NCBI GenBank assembly: GCA_012295275.1 | Contig: CM022678.1 | Location: 18,290,001-18,354,000, forward strand | Reading direction: 5' to 3' | DNA length: 64,000 bases | Origin: Chrysomallon squamiferum | Taxonomy: Eukaryota; Animalia; Mollusca | In this document: positions 28,237-44,052 of the stretch, one piece after another | Layout: each line of letters begins with the position of its first letter | How positions within the stretch are numbered: the stretch's first letter is position 1 | Notes under the pieces: model-generated | Told to the model about the DNA's origin: nothing | The model's input: only the letters and a program-made list of their open reading frames with translations | The model's database searches: none | Program-made: the position numbers and the translations under genes

Positions 28237-30043
28237 AACAAAAAAAGAAACTCACAAAAGAAACCCAACTAATTATCTCTGTCTATGCAAAAGCAATATG
28301 TTTACTTATTCGTACATTTGCTTGTCCTCTGGTGCATGTATTTGATCGGTGTGTTTATATGAATTAATTTTGTTTGGCTTCCTTTGACAGTTGGTACATT
28401 CTGATCTTCTACAAACAGAAGTACCAAAGTGCAGTGTGTTTTAGTTTAACATTTGACTATTTCTCTCTTAAGACTATTTTCCATATGAGACAACATGTCA
28501 CAGACAAACCGCTGCGGGTTTCTTTTCTAGCATTTCAGAGGAATCACAGTTTTGTTAAACTCGATGGATGATACCATGATGATCTGCAAGCATAGCTGAT
28601 GCATTCAGAGGACGACGACAAAGATGTCGACAACGGGAAAGAAGAAGAAAAAGAAGAAAAGCAAAAAAGGTAAAACAATAAAAATTGCTAGAACAATAAT
28701 AGCAAGTAAAAAGCTGTAATGACAACAATAGGAACGGCAGCATCAACAGCAACAACACTGACAGTAGCAAGAACAAGAATAAGAACAGGAGCTGCTGCAG
28801 CAACAACAGCAATAACAACAACAACAACACTAGTAACAGTAACAACAACAACGACGACAACAACAACAACAGTAACAAGAACAACGACAATAACAACAAT
28901 AACAGTAACAACAAGATAATATCAAAAACATTAACGATAAGAACAGCAACAACAACAACAGTAGCAACAATAACAATAACAACAAAATGACAACATGAAC
29001 ACCAACGACAGTAGCAATAATGTCAGTAAGAGCAAGAAGACCAACGATAAGAAAAAAAAAAAAGTATCACAAGAACTGTAAAAGTTAATTTAACAGTAAT
29101 ATCACATCATCATCATCAGCGAGTCTTCACGGTCGTTGTTGTTATCACCGTCAATAATAATAATTGCCAAAAAACGTGGAGTTATTTTTCTTAATTCTGC
29201 AACCTTGAAAAAAAAAGAAAAAAAGAAAAACAAGTCAACAAATGGGCGGAGAAAAATTCTAAACAGGGGAACCTGTTAGTAGCTTCGTGAATTCCAGAAT
29301 CCTAATCTAATTACTTGCCTAATCAATATTAAATGTAATTAAAATACTTGGAACAGTTTTGTCTAATTATCTGTATGTTATTTATTTTTATTTTTTGTTC
29401 ACTCAACATTCTTCCACGTTTGTCAGTCATTTTCCACCTCGTCTGTTGTAACCCACCCAAATAACCGCCACACCTCATTTCTGAAAGTAAATTTCTAAAC
29501 CTCAGGTTTTTTTTTTTTTCTTTCTGTTTTCGTTTTTGACGTTGTCTGAGTCATGTACACCGTCGTCTTGTGAAGACTGAGAGTTATCGTGTTGGTGATA
29601 ACGTTGTAGAGGAGGCTGATTGGACCGGTTTGAAGTAATTCGATATCTTTGACAGCAAAAGATAGAGCAAGATCAGGTCATTGTCAGTGTTAAAGGGACA
29701 GTATCGAAAAGTTCTTGTTTGAGAAATAAATACACGACAAGCTAATGATACAGTGGGGAAAAGAAAGAAAGAAAGAAAGAAAGACAGAAAGAAAGAAAGA
29801 AAAAAGAAAAGAAAATACATATTAAAAAAAATACAGTAACGTTAAAAAAAAAAATTGTTGATTGGATAAATAAAAAACAAAAACAAAGAAAAAAAAAAAA
29901 AAACAACAAAAAACGAACAAAATAAATAAATAAGTAAATAAGTAGGTAAGTAAATAAATAAATAAATAAATAAAATCCAGTAAAACTATTAACATAGAAT
30001 ACTATATATATATAGAGACATAATCTGTTGTTAGTTATTTTTG

Positions 30044-30162
<119 letters not shown>

Positions 30163-30330
30163 TCTTCTTCTTCTTATACTATTTATATATATATATTTAT
30201 GCAGATACCCTTTCGTGTTGTACAGTTAAAAACTTCTAAAAAAAACAAACAATAACAGCTACTCTGTTATTTGAGAATAGCAAAGTAAACAGTTATACCT
30301 CTAAGAACCAATAAACAAGAACGGGAACAA

Positions 30331-30373
<43 letters not shown>

Positions 30374-30714
30374 ATAAATATATATATAGTGAATAAAATA
30401 AAATAACTAAAAGAAAAGTAAATGAACGAAAAAAAAAACAATAAAAAAAAAAAAAAAAAAACCCAGTAGAATAAACAGCGAATAAAAAAGTAATTAACAC
30501 GTAATACAGATAAATGCAGTTCAGTTTAAAATCCACTTCTCTTAGTTACACGTTTAGCTTACTGCGGTTTCGCTTTACTGATTTCGGTAACTATAGTTAT
30601 AGTAAGTAAACTACACGCACAAGGTCACAGTGACACACGCGTTAGTACAAAGAGCAAATTCAATTAAAGGAGCTATGTCGTATTGTCTAACTTAACTTTT
30701 AGTTAGTGCAAAAA

Positions 30715-31008
30715 TCTAATAATGATGATGATCATGATGATAATAATGATGATGACGACGATGACGATAATAATAATAATAGTATTGATGATGATGATGA
30801 TAATAATATTAATAATAATGATAATGATGATGGTGATGATTATAATGATGATGGTGGTGATGACAATAATAATATTATTAATAATAATGATGATGATGAT
30901 AAAATTAATAATAATGACGACGGTGATGATGATAATAATTATGATTTTAATAATAATATTAAGAAAGACGATGATGATGATGATGATGATAATAATATTA
31001 ATAATAAC
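30715..31008. repeat. Degenerate (GAT/AAT)n trinucleotide tract
   Basis: Low-complexity gat/aat/gac run; the source of spurious D/N-, M/I- and I-rich ORFs. Confidence 0.9.
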
Positions 31009-31361
31009 CACTGAAATCAATAGTGTAGATAGATAGATAATGAAGAGTCCAATGAATAAACATTTGCATGTTTACTTTATAAACTGAATTTAAGCTAACT
31101 TAAAGTAATAAAGTAATGGGTTTATGTGCTCAGAAATAAATAAATTAATTAATTAATAAAGTGAAATAAATAAAATGTACGGTTCTTGTTTTGATGCAGT
31201 CACCATCTTTAATTCTAACTGGAAACAATAACCGCAGCCACGACCCCGATATTAAAACAAACAAACAAACACTTGCAACGCTTTGTTAAAGTACGTTGTA
31301 CACTTTTTATTTACTTAAACATACCTTGACATATATTGTAATCAATCCTATAGTTATAGTG

Positions 31362-31465
<104 letters not shown>

Positions 31466-31578
31466 ACACACATATGCATATACACAAACACAAACATACA
31501 AACACAATTTCTTTACACTCTGATTCGATATATTCAGCCAGATATTCTCTCATTTCAACGACCCAAGGGGAAAAATTA

Positions 31579-31609
<31 letters not shown>

Positions 31610-32082
31610 TTTTTATAATTTATTATTATTATTATTTTTAAAATAACCTCTTCAGAGGACTTTAATTTTAATACCCTTTAATCTTTGCTTGGGGTCTTTT
31701 GAATTTGTTTTTTTTTTTTTCTTTTAATAGTTTTTCAAAGACCTATCAAGGTTGCATTAAAACAGCCATTTTTCTTTCTCACAATCCACTGACCTATATA
31801 TGACACAATCTGGTTACGACTTACGACATTACCTATTATTTACCGTCGTGACAAATGTAAGTGTGATGGCTAACGGCTGAAGCCACAGGAAGAAATATTA
31901 TTAATATATCACATATAGACAGCGCAAGTTTATAACTGTAGACACAGGTAAACAAATGTTTATGTAGGTTAAAAATGTCAGATAAGACACTTAACACAAA
32001 ATACGTAAATCACTGAACGATTCAAGGAATACAGTCAGCGGAAAAATAACTGAGGAATGAGAGAGTGCAAAGAGTGTGAAGA

Positions 32083-32568
<486 letters not shown>

Positions 32569-32710
32569 AGGAGCCAAGATTGAGAGACACAGAGAGTGGT
32601 AAAGATAGAGTCATAGACACGGAGTGTTGAGACTCTTTTTTTATTTTCAGTTTACTTGTCTATATGCAGGATCACGAACACAGATAACTACATATTATGC
32701 AAATGTATAT

Positions 32711-32749
<39 letters not shown>

Positions 32750-34226
32750 TGTAATAAACACATAGGTGGACAGGTACAAACATATAAAAAAAAGTAAAAA
32801 TAGACAGACACAGTCTGACAGTTTAGTAAACAGGAAAAGGTGTCTAGCTCGAAACTGACACATCTGTGTTAATGTAATTATTATTATTATTATTATTATT
32901 ACTATTCTATCAGTGTGTGTAATAACCGAGTCTCCAGTTTCACTCACGTTCACTTTGTAACCGATATTTGTAGACTGACACACAAACCAGAGTGTATCTC
33001 CGTATCAGTGTTCGCCTCATCTAGTCCGTGGGAAATTAATACGAGGCGTTATATAGGATGTCTTCGAGGGTGATAACGACCTTGATGATGACGGTGACAG
33101 ACAGTCGTTGCGATGCTGATAATGAGACTGTGATGATGATAACGACGATGGTCATGATGATGACGACCATAAAGAAGATGATCTTTATTATGAGAAGAAG
33201 AATAAGAAAATAAATGATTTAAAAAATGAAAATGATTAGGCTGAACAACAACATCAAGAATACTACTACTAGTACTACTGCTGCTGCTGCTACTACTACT
33301 ACCACTACTACTACCACTACTACTACTACTATTACTATTACTACCACTACCGCCACTACTACCACTATTACTACTACTTCTACTACTACTAATAACAATT
33401 ACAATCACAATAACACTAACGACGACAACAACAACAACAATAATGATGATGGTGATTATAATGATGATGCTGATCGTTGTACGAGGGTTATACTTTCAAG
33501 TACAATAGTGTAGGTTGGAATTAGCAATAGGATCAGTCTTTCTGTAAATTTTATCTTCAGTGTTATAGATAAAATTACTAAACCTCATCTCAGCACATTT
33601 TTTTAATACAGAAATATGACACCGTCGGCCTGCTGTACTTGTTGTACGAACCAAAAATACGGTTGACACATTTGGTTCCAGAAGATTCTCGTTTGTACTC
33701 GATGACTCGTTTTAGCTTGTCAGACTAAACGTGTTGTCTTGTTACTTTTCTCAAAATAAAATAAAATAAAATGCAATGAAATAAAATAAAATAAAATAAA
33801 ATAAAATAAAATAAAATAAAATAAAATAAAATGATAAAATAAATTATAACAAATAAATAAATAAATAAAATAAAATACGACTTACAGAATTACTGTTTCA
33901 CGTTATTCCTATCCTTGCCAGTACTGTTTAGTTCAGTTGGTTGATTGTTCACTTTTGATATGTTAGGGTAATAGGTCTGATTATCAAAGGTAAAACCAAT
34001 TGATCTATTTGCCCGTTCTAGCCAAAGTCCTAGAATTGCTTGATCAACTGTCAGGGTCAATTTCATTTCTATAATAAAGATTCATAAACCAGATTCTTTT
34101 TCTGATACAAATATGATTAGTACGTAGTATGACCATAGCTGGTTTCTTCTCTTCTGTAGTAATTATTTTCCAAAAAATCAGTGTTAGGTATCTACAAAAC
34201 TGTTAAACAGATGAACTATTTTGAAG

Positions 34227-35938
34227 TTAAGCAAATATTTCATTCATTACGAATAAAACTGCTAACTAAACAATGGGTTTAATCACCTCGTTAACACAGA
34301 TATTTTTAATTACTGCTTCTAGAATGTGTGACACGGTACACGCTTGTCATCGATGTGACATCACGCGCGTGCTCCCCTGACCCGTGTCGTATGCCAGCCA
34401 CGCCCATATTTTGACACCGGTGACGACAGAAGACGACAGATTTTTGTTGTCGCTTCTGCAAAACGAACTCCAGTCGAACTGAGATCTGAGAAATAACTGT
34501 GTGTCTGTCAGTATGTCTGTAGAAATTAAAAAAAAAAAAAGAGGAAAATTCTCGAAATTTCAAAGTCTAAGCTCATCGAGACCTTGCTCCAGTTTTGAAA
34601 CTGTTTTATATATGATGAGGTGACGAAATCTGCGCTGATGGTTCTGTGTCATGGCCACTGTGTTAGTTTTCAGACTGAAAAGGACGGCGGTTCTAATCAT
34701 GAGAACAGAAAGAAACAACGTTTAACCTGACGAGGGTTCGAATCCTGTAAACGTTAAATAGAGCTACGAAGCTGAGTTCCTGGTTTCACTTGATCCGTAC
34801 CAAAGTAACACTAATCCTAATATCAGTACAAAAGCTAACACTTTTCTCAATTCTACCGTCAACTTGACGCAATTACGGACTCTAATTTTAACTCGAAACA
34901 ATAACCACAGCAACAACGCTGACATTAAACAAACAAATAATTTTAACACTAATCTTTATCTTAAACCTTTCTTTAATCTAAACCCTAATTCTGAATATAA
35001 CTCCAACTCCAGTTATAATCGTAATCCTAACTCATACTTAAAACTAACCTTAAAACGAATTATAATCCTGACATTACTCCCAAAGTTAGGTTTAATATTA
35101 TGTTTACGATAATGGTTACAGTTCTGATTTCAGTTTTAGGGTTAGGGTTAGGGTTAGGGTTAAGATTTTCCCGCTTGCATTATCATTATTATCATTATTA
35201 TTGTACTTAAGGTTTGTCTATTTGGATTAACCTTTTTTTTTTTTTTTTTTTTACTTTAAATAATGATTAACGAATAACTGTTTATTTTAGAATTAGTATC
35301 AGACAATCGTTAAACCACAAATCCTGACTGTCGTAACGATTTTTAATGTTTTTTGATCAGATGACTTCACCCGTATTTTGAATACAGGCGTCTGCTTTAC
35401 TAACAAATATCTAAATACGGTTAATTGCATTCAGCAGTTAGCTACAGTTTGTTTTAATGAATGGATCTCCTGTCCATCGAGCTGGAATACCAAAAAATGT
35501 CACCATAACACAGAACCATAAACGTATTTGTCGTCACCTATGTTTGAAATCATCATTAAAAAATTTGAAAAAAAATTTAAAAAGAAAAAAAGAGACCTGA
35601 AAGTTCGAGAATTTACTTTATTTTTTATATTTTTTTAAAAACAGAGGTAATGACAGACGCATCCTCTGTTCTCGAATCTAAGTTCGACTGAAGTTCGTTT
35701 TTGCAGAAGCGACAACGAAAATGTGTCGTTTTCTGTCGTCACCGGTGTCAAACTATGGGCGTGGTTGGCAGACGATACGGGTCAGGAGAGCACGCGCGTG
35801 GTGACACCTCGATGACAAGCGTGTACCGTGTCACACATTCTAGAAGCAGAAATTAAAGAAAATATCTGTGTTAATGAGGTGCTTAAACCCATTGTTTAAT
35901 CAGCTAATGTATTCGTAATGAATGAAATATTTGTTTAA
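34227..35938. mobile_element. Long inverted-repeat (foldback/MITE-like) element or inverted duplication, ~450-bp arms
   Basis: ~34232-34690 is an imperfect reverse complement of ~35465-35933 (e.g. tgcttctagaatgtgtgacacggtacacgcttgtcatcga versus tcgatgacaagcgtgtaccgtgtcacacattctagaagca). TTAA lies at both outer ends. No transposase ORF is present. The inverted repeat itself is certain; the transposon interpretation is not. Confidence 0.55.
35136..35163 (+). repeat. Interstitial telomere-type repeat (TTAGGG)4
   Basis: ttagggttagggttagggttagggttaa in the spacer of the inverted repeat. Degenerate ctaacc/cctaa-like hexamers at ~34800-35060 are in the opposite orientation. Confidence 0.85.
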
Positions 35939-35958
35939 TGAAACGTCAAGATATTTCC

Positions 35959-36002
<44 letters not shown>

Positions 36003-36824
36003 CATTATTATTGCAATTCATTATTATTATTATTATATTATTTTATTTTATTTTTTATTTATTTTATTTTATTATTGAATATTTTCATTATTTCTTATTT
36101 ATTTGTTTGTTTGTTTGTTTGTTTGCTTGTTTATTTCACTTTAATATTTTTATTTCGGTCGTTAATTTGTTTTTAAATAATTACAACAAGAAAGAGGAAA
36201 TATATTGAATGTGGTATTAATATTTATAAGGAACTTTTTATATGAATCTTTAGCACAGAGACAGACGTTTACCACAACATTCGACAACCGAGAGCTATGG
36301 TTGGAACTGAAAAATAGATATCGATTCAGCATGAACAGTCCAGCATACATCAGGTAAATAATAATTACAGTTTAGATACACATGGATTATTTTAATTCAT
36401 TCACTTTCATGATAAAGACAAGATACTGACAGTCAGTTTGTCATGTAGCTGTCGTAGTTGTGTTGTTGATGCATTGTGAAATGACGGGTGTGATTGTTGT
36501 CGCTATTGTCGTCAGATACAGATCTGACGGTCATAAAACCTAATCATTAAGATGATAATTACAGTCAGAATTATTATTAGTTTTATTGTTGTTGATGTTG
36601 GTGGTGTTTGTGTTGTTGTAGTACTACAATAATTTGTTAATGATCTATTAAAATGTCTTTACGTATATATTTTTGCACACACACACACACACACACACAC
36701 AGGTATACACACATACACACATACACAGATGCACACACGTATAATTGTTTGTGTCAAAACTATATTTAATCTATATTAACAACAACAACAACAACAATAA
36801 CAACAACAACAACAACAACAATAA

Positions 36825-36885
<61 letters not shown>

Positions 36886-37040
36886 CACAACAAAAGAAAC
36901 CCATTAACCTTTCCTCAGTCGTTCTACATTGAGACATGTAAATGAAATCACAAAATCGATGTCATCCAGCACAACAGGAACAGACATCTGGACACGATCA
37001 TGTGATTATTACTTTCAAAAAAAAAAAAAAAAAAAAAAAA

Positions 37041-37292
37041 CTATGGTAGCCCATTCAGGTCATATTTCAAAATCATACAGGCTGAATATTAGGTAGGTGT
37101 GCACAGTATATAAATCAAGCAATTAAGTTATATGGACAAACGTTTGATCGTGTTCAGATATACGGAGAAAATTAATTTGTCTTTATATATAATAGATAGA
37201 CAGATAGAAAGACAGATACAGGATAAATAACTACGCTTTTTTGTTTAACGTAATCTTAATTCCAAATTATGACCCGAACGGCTAACCATAGA
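37041..37292. mobile_element. Degenerate MITE-like element (~250 bp)
   Basis: Imperfect terminal inverted repeats: ctatggtagcccattcaggtcatattt versus aaattatgacccgaacggctaaccatag. Confidence 0.35.
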
Positions 37293-37523
37293 CTCTTCCC
37301 CAGCTTTACACGATAACACTAAAACCTAAAGCCACGCACACACATTTCCATTTTTAACTACGATATGTCTTACCTGCCGGTAGTGACCGCAACTGCATTA
37401 GTCATTATTAATATTAAACAACTTAACACCCATCCTTACACGATCTGACCATCTCTTTGTTCTGAAAACAAAATGCACCTGCTGTGATTACTGTTTTAGA
37501 GGTGGAATTGTTTTACTTACTTC

Positions 37524-37621
<98 letters not shown>

Positions 37622-38280
37622 TTATTAGTTTGACAAGGTGGATTTGTTTAGTGTTTCTTGTGGACAGTTTATTAACAAGTGCAGATGAATAATTATGAAG
37701 AAATAAACATAATGAAAGACCAAAAGACAGGAAAAGAAAAGATACATGACGTGAAAGAAAAGAGGTTAGCAGTGGAAATTACAGAAAGAAAGAAAGCATG
37801 ATAGACAGAGAGAGAAACGGGAAAAAGAGAAAGTGAGAGAGAATGAGAAAGAATGAAAAAAAAAAAAATAATAAAAAAAAAAAATAAAGAAAATAGAAGG
37901 GACAAAGAATGAGAGAGTGTAAAATAATGACAGAAAATTTCAAAGACCGAAGACACGCACACACACACACACGCGCACTCACACACACACACGCGCACGC
38001 ACATACATACATATGCACACACATATCTGTAGATAGATAGATAGGTAGATATAGAGAGAGACAAACAGATACACATCTATGCTACTACGGTCTAATGTTA
38101 TAACAATGGAAAAGGTCAGTGTTCTTTTAAGTAAAATTTACAATGTACTTCAGTTATACTGGACCTAGCAGTTTGCTATTTTATGATTTTATTGTATCTA
38201 TTATTTTTATATTTATGACTGTATGTGTTATATAATCTTATATTTTACTTTGCTTTGATATTATATCAATGATAGGTTTT

Positions 38281-38369
<89 letters not shown>

Positions 38370-39850
38370 GTACAACCAATACATCAAAAATGATTAAACA
38401 AGAATTCCAGATGATTATTGATGAATATTAACAACACGCAAACGCACACTCATAGAAACAAACAAACACACCCACACACACACACACAAAAAAGTCTCCC
38501 ACCATTGCATCAGAAATCTAGAAATAAACTTTATGTTTTTCTTTTACGTGAAATGTCAAATTGACGACATTGCTTCAATACACTTCGCCGCGACAAAAAT
38601 GTCCACCATCATCGACAAGCGATCTGTTTTTACCTCAAAACAATAATCCCGCGATGTTTAAGGAGGAGGTCTGAGTACGGCGAGGTGGGAGGCGTGTGTC
38701 ACATTCTAGTCATTCGCGAAGGTTTAAGAAATGTCCGCTGAAAAAAGAAAACTACGAACGTGACGTTGCAGTAAAACGCATTCCTGTTGTGACGTTTTGC
38801 TTTCCGATTAGCGTTCTTTGAATTATGTTCAACGTGTTTGTGTTTTGATGCGACAGGCACGATGCGCGTGTTTTTGTTCTTGTGCGTGTGGCAGGTGCGT
38901 TGCGTGCATGTGTGACAGACTGTGTGTCGTGTGAGTTTGCGTTGTATGTGGTTGTGTTATTTGTTACTCGTATAGTTCCAGTATTTTTGCGTTAGTGTTA
39001 GCACAGCTTATTTCGTGATAATAATAATAGCACGACTAATAGAGCTTTCATGAAGAATAATTTGTTAGCAGTTTACTTATAGCCAGCCACTGATTGGAAC
39101 GGGAAAATGTACACTAGCAGAACGGTGAATGACGGATTCTGAAAACAGTCATGTTTAAAGTTCGGTTTACTAAAAGAAAAGCAAAAGAAACGAACAAAAT
39201 AAAATAAAATAAAATCAAATAAAATAACAGAAAGAAAGAAAGAAAAAGAAAGAAAAGAAAAGAAACGAAAGGGAGATAGAAAAACTAAATAACAGAAACA
39301 GTTCTGAAATAGACCTGAAAAAAAACAAACAAAATTGTAAGAAAACAAATGAAACACAATACACATGCACGCATTCTTAAATACACGCATCATTAACAGC
39401 AAACAGCAACAACAAAAAACATGAACAGTATCAGGGAACGTAAAAAAGAAAACAAAATTATAAACTTTCAGATAAACTATTGAATATTGTCTTCTAAAAC
39501 TTGTTTACAAAGACAAAATAGGTCATCCGTTTTATTATTCACCTATAAATCACCTTTGTTAATAAACAGGGTGATATAATCATTTCTAGGTATGAAGAAA
39601 AAAAAAAGAAAAAGAAAAAAGAAAGACAAATATGACTGGAATTAAACAGAAAACACCCAATCTATTAATTTTCGCCAGAAATAAAAAAAAAATGATTTAT
39701 GGAAATCACGATCTCGCAATTGTCACGATAATACATACAGCCGTGACATAATAATAAAACTGTAATTATGTTGATAAACATTAGTAACCTTGACCAATTT
39801 AATCACATCAGTAATCTGAATAATGTTAGATATAATTACGTTTGTATGTG

Positions 39851-39940
<90 letters not shown>

Positions 39941-40769
39941 TTGAGCTTTCAGTTTAAGCGGTCAAATAAAATTCGTATAAAAAGCAGACGTTAAACAATA
40001 AACTGTTTTCCTTCTATTTGTTTCCCCACCACTATCGATTTATCGATTTTATTTTTGTTATCGTTTCTGGTGACATTTTGCGACCAGGATTTCAAACAAG
40101 ACATAAACAAACATAAAAAGGCTTTCGGCTTTGCTCGGTTTTCTTTTCGGTCAGTGGTTCCAGCGTGTTTGTGACTCATCTAAAGATCAAGATATTTTCG
40201 TAATCTCCCGAAACGAAGTCATCATGACCTTACAGTTCTTATCGCAAATACAAGGTTTTTATTTTCAAGCAACACCTATAATCTGACTGCCAGGCCCTGA
40301 CCTTTTTGTATTCGGTTGAAATAACTTGCATAGAGTATTATTTACAAGACTAGAAACTGATCTGTTTTTTAAATTTTTTTTTATTTAAAAAATAACACTA
40401 AATGACCTTTATAAGTTGGTTAAAAACAAGCACGAACTAATCTTCTTTATCGGCTTATGGTGATTGTTGTTAGATCTTTCTAGAAATTGCAAAATACGAG
40501 CGTTAAATTAAATGAAATCTTTTAGCTGACGTCACCGAACGATATAAGGAAACAGACTAAAACAAGCATCAATTTTAGCTGTTTGTAAACGCTGTTAAAT
40601 GACGCTCTGAAACTTTTTTTTTTTTTTTTTTTAAATGACGACTGTTAAATGATTTTCCATGTAATAACCTTGTACCTGTAATCTGGGCAATTAGAATATG
40701 TCAACATTAACATTTCCTTTCTTTTTTTTAATTAACTAATCCCTGTCGCACATGACTCAAAATGACTCC

Positions 40770-40801
40770 CACTAACTCACACACATAACTCACACACATA
40801 A

Positions 40802-40862
<61 letters not shown>

Positions 40863-41035
40863 CACACACACACACACACACATAACTCACACACATAACT
40901 CACACACATAACTCACACACATAACTCACACACATAACTCACACACATAACTCACAACACACATAACTCACAACACACATAACTCACAACACACATAACT
41001 CACAACACACATAACTCACAACACACATAACTCAC

Positions 41036-41071
<36 letters not shown>

Positions 41072-41110
41072 ACTCACAACACACACACACACACACACAC
41101 ATAACTCACA

Positions 41111-41141
<31 letters not shown>

Positions 41142-41147
41142 ACTCAC

Positions 41148-41183
<36 letters not shown>

Positions 41184-41184
41184 A

Positions 41185-41281
<97 letters not shown>
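40770..41281. repeat. (CA)n / cacacataactca(a) 12-13-bp minisatellite
   Basis: Tandem ataactcacacac and ataactcacaacac units mixed with (CA)n. Confidence 0.92.
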
Positions 41282-41283
<2 letters not shown>

Positions 41284-42721
41284 ACTATACTTTATTTAAA
41301 TACAAAATTAAATCCACTTCTTGAAATTTCGAAATCGTAATTTTCATTGATGCTTACATAATATTGAATATTAACGACTTGCAATTTTGAAAATAAATAT
41401 TAAAAACGCATTTCTTTTCTTTTTTTCCTTTCTTTCTTTATTTTGTTTTTATTTTATTTTATTTTTATTTTTCATCTTCGTCTTCTGTTTGTTGCTGTGA
41501 CAGAAAAATCCGACTCATATGTAAAATGTTGTTCTGTGGGTTGTATGTTCAATTCTCCTCGTCCTACACTTTAGGCCCAGCACATTTCACTAACCTGTGA
41601 CATTGCGTATGTTTCTGTTTCTCATGTAAAATAAACCTCGCTGGAAACCGAAAAGAATAACCAGTATTAACCACAGCAACGGGTTTCATTTCTTGTTATC
41701 ACTATGGAGAAAGAGAATAAAAAAAGAAACCTACCAACAAACAAAGAGAAAGAAAAAAAAAAACAAACAAATAATAATAATAATAATAATAAATTTAAAC
41801 GAAAGAAAGAAAGAAAGAAAAAAACCCGTTCTGTTTAAAATGTTTTGCGTGCGTTGTTCAGGAAACTATTTCCTTCTGCTACAAATCTTTAAGCTTAATA
41901 ATTTAAGCGTTGGCTTCAGGCGTTAGTAGTGTAGAGATCGGTGATTATCAGGGTTTCCTCTTATGTTACATTACTATGTCTGTTCTATATAAAAAGTCGT
42001 GTGTTTTATGTTTCCCTGCTCATGGTGGAAAATATAAAATAAAATTACCCGGTCTGAAATGCAGTCAAAGGTGAAGGAAAAATTAAATAAATTAATCATT
42101 ATCTTCATCATCATCATTACCATCGTCATTATCATCATCATCATCATCATCATCATCATTGTTACCACTCTCTTTCTATAGTATTATTCCTAATTAATTT
42201 TATTTTCGTAAAAAGTTCCTTCATCGTTTTTCTTTTCTTTTTTATACTTTCCCTACTCATTTTTCTTCTTCTTCTTCTTCTTTATTTTTTTTTAATTCTG
42301 CTAATCATTTAATCGCTTTCTCTTCGCCTTTATTTATTCTTCATCTAAGGTGTCCACCCACATAATAATCTGTAAAACAGGTACAACGTAATTTACACAA
42401 ATAACGTATTGTTTCGAAACTCTACGTATTATCGATGGTGACATTTTACCGTGGCAATGCTAGTGAAGAGATTTGTTATTTTCCCTTATCGAGTAGCGGT
42501 CACTGGCCTTGTGTTTCGAGAGCAGATTCAGGTATCAAGAAACTTAAACCAAAGTAAACCATTCGAGACAAAATACTTGGCCATTTCGCACGTTCTCGAT
42601 GTGTTGTTTTGTGTGCTTTACAATCAGCGGAGACGAGATAAGTGAAAGAAGTATTTTGTGAAATATTTAAAAAGAGCAGATAGCAGAATGAACAACAACA
42701 ACAACAAGAGGAAGGACATCT

Positions 42722-42756
<35 letters not shown>

Positions 42757-44052
42757 CAGTCACAGTAGCAATACTTTCATAAATAAAATTAAAATAAAGT
42801 AAATAAATAAAGGTAACAAAGAAGGAGAAGAAAGCAAGAAGAAAAACAAAAACAAAAGAAAAAAAGAAGAAGATTTCTAAAAGGTTTATATCTGTCTGTC
42901 TGTCTGTCTGTTTGACTATCTATCTCTCTCTATCTATCTATCTGCCTATCTATCTATCTATCTATCTAACTAAACAGAGGCACACACACACACATACACA
43001 TAACTATCAATGCTCATTTATAAATTCATGCAAATACAGAACCATAATAACAATTTATTACAAATATTTCAGATACAGCATTTATTAAAAAAAACATTTA
43101 TTTACAGAAATTTTGATTATGTTAATGCTAAACATACTATCGTCTGTATGTTTACAACGATCAGTAAACAAACAAATAAATAAATAAATAAATAAATAAC
43201 TACAGTTTATTCCAGGCTCTGTGTCTTTTGCAATAACAAACAAACAAACAAATAGTAAAAATAACTCTGTAACGACGTCATCTTTAGAAAATTAGGAACA
43301 TTTTAGACATTCTGATTTTTATCGGTTATAAAATTCTTTGCATTTGTTAATTTTTTATATTACATATTTTACTTAGGTTTGTAAGGACAAAAGATAATTC
43401 TATACCATAAGGATTTTCGTAAAGTTTAACTGTGGAACATCGACATAATGGATTAAATAGTTTTTACCACTTTCACCTTACAGTTCAATTTATGTCTAAT
43501 GGGCAAATAAATCAGAAGAAGAGCAATAAAAATATTGCTATCTCACAATTTAAATTCAACTGATCCTGAATCGACTCGTGGGAAATAACGTACAGACACA
43601 CAAACACACATAGGTACAAACATACTAATTGAAAATTTAATACCAGTGTTTATTTTCTTTTTCCTTTCCATTAAGCACTATTTAATAATTTGTCTTGAAT
43701 TGTATTACCTGCTAGAATTAAAGAAACGACGCACATAAAGGCATACATCTACATTCGTGCATATACAGATTCGACAATGTCCTCTATTTCAATCGGTTGT
43801 GCAATATTTTAAATTATTAGTCATACTATTAAAGAAATTAAAAAAAAAAAAAAAAAAAAAAATTTAATTACTGATCTTTTTTTTTTTTTCTTTTGGTAAA
43901 AGATTTGGCCCGATATGGTCATGCACCAGTATTAGCATAATGTTACATTCGATTGTACAAAGTTATTCACTGCACAGTATACTATTTATTAAGGCAAACA
44001 CAAACACACATGACTCACACTCATACACTGCAACATCTAACGTAGTTGCATA

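Noticed and set aside
34306-34563. 85-aa ORF in the left arm of the inverted repeat
   Set aside because: The opposite arm has a stop and an indel in the equivalent frame, and the differences are mostly non-synonymous, so there is no coding constraint.
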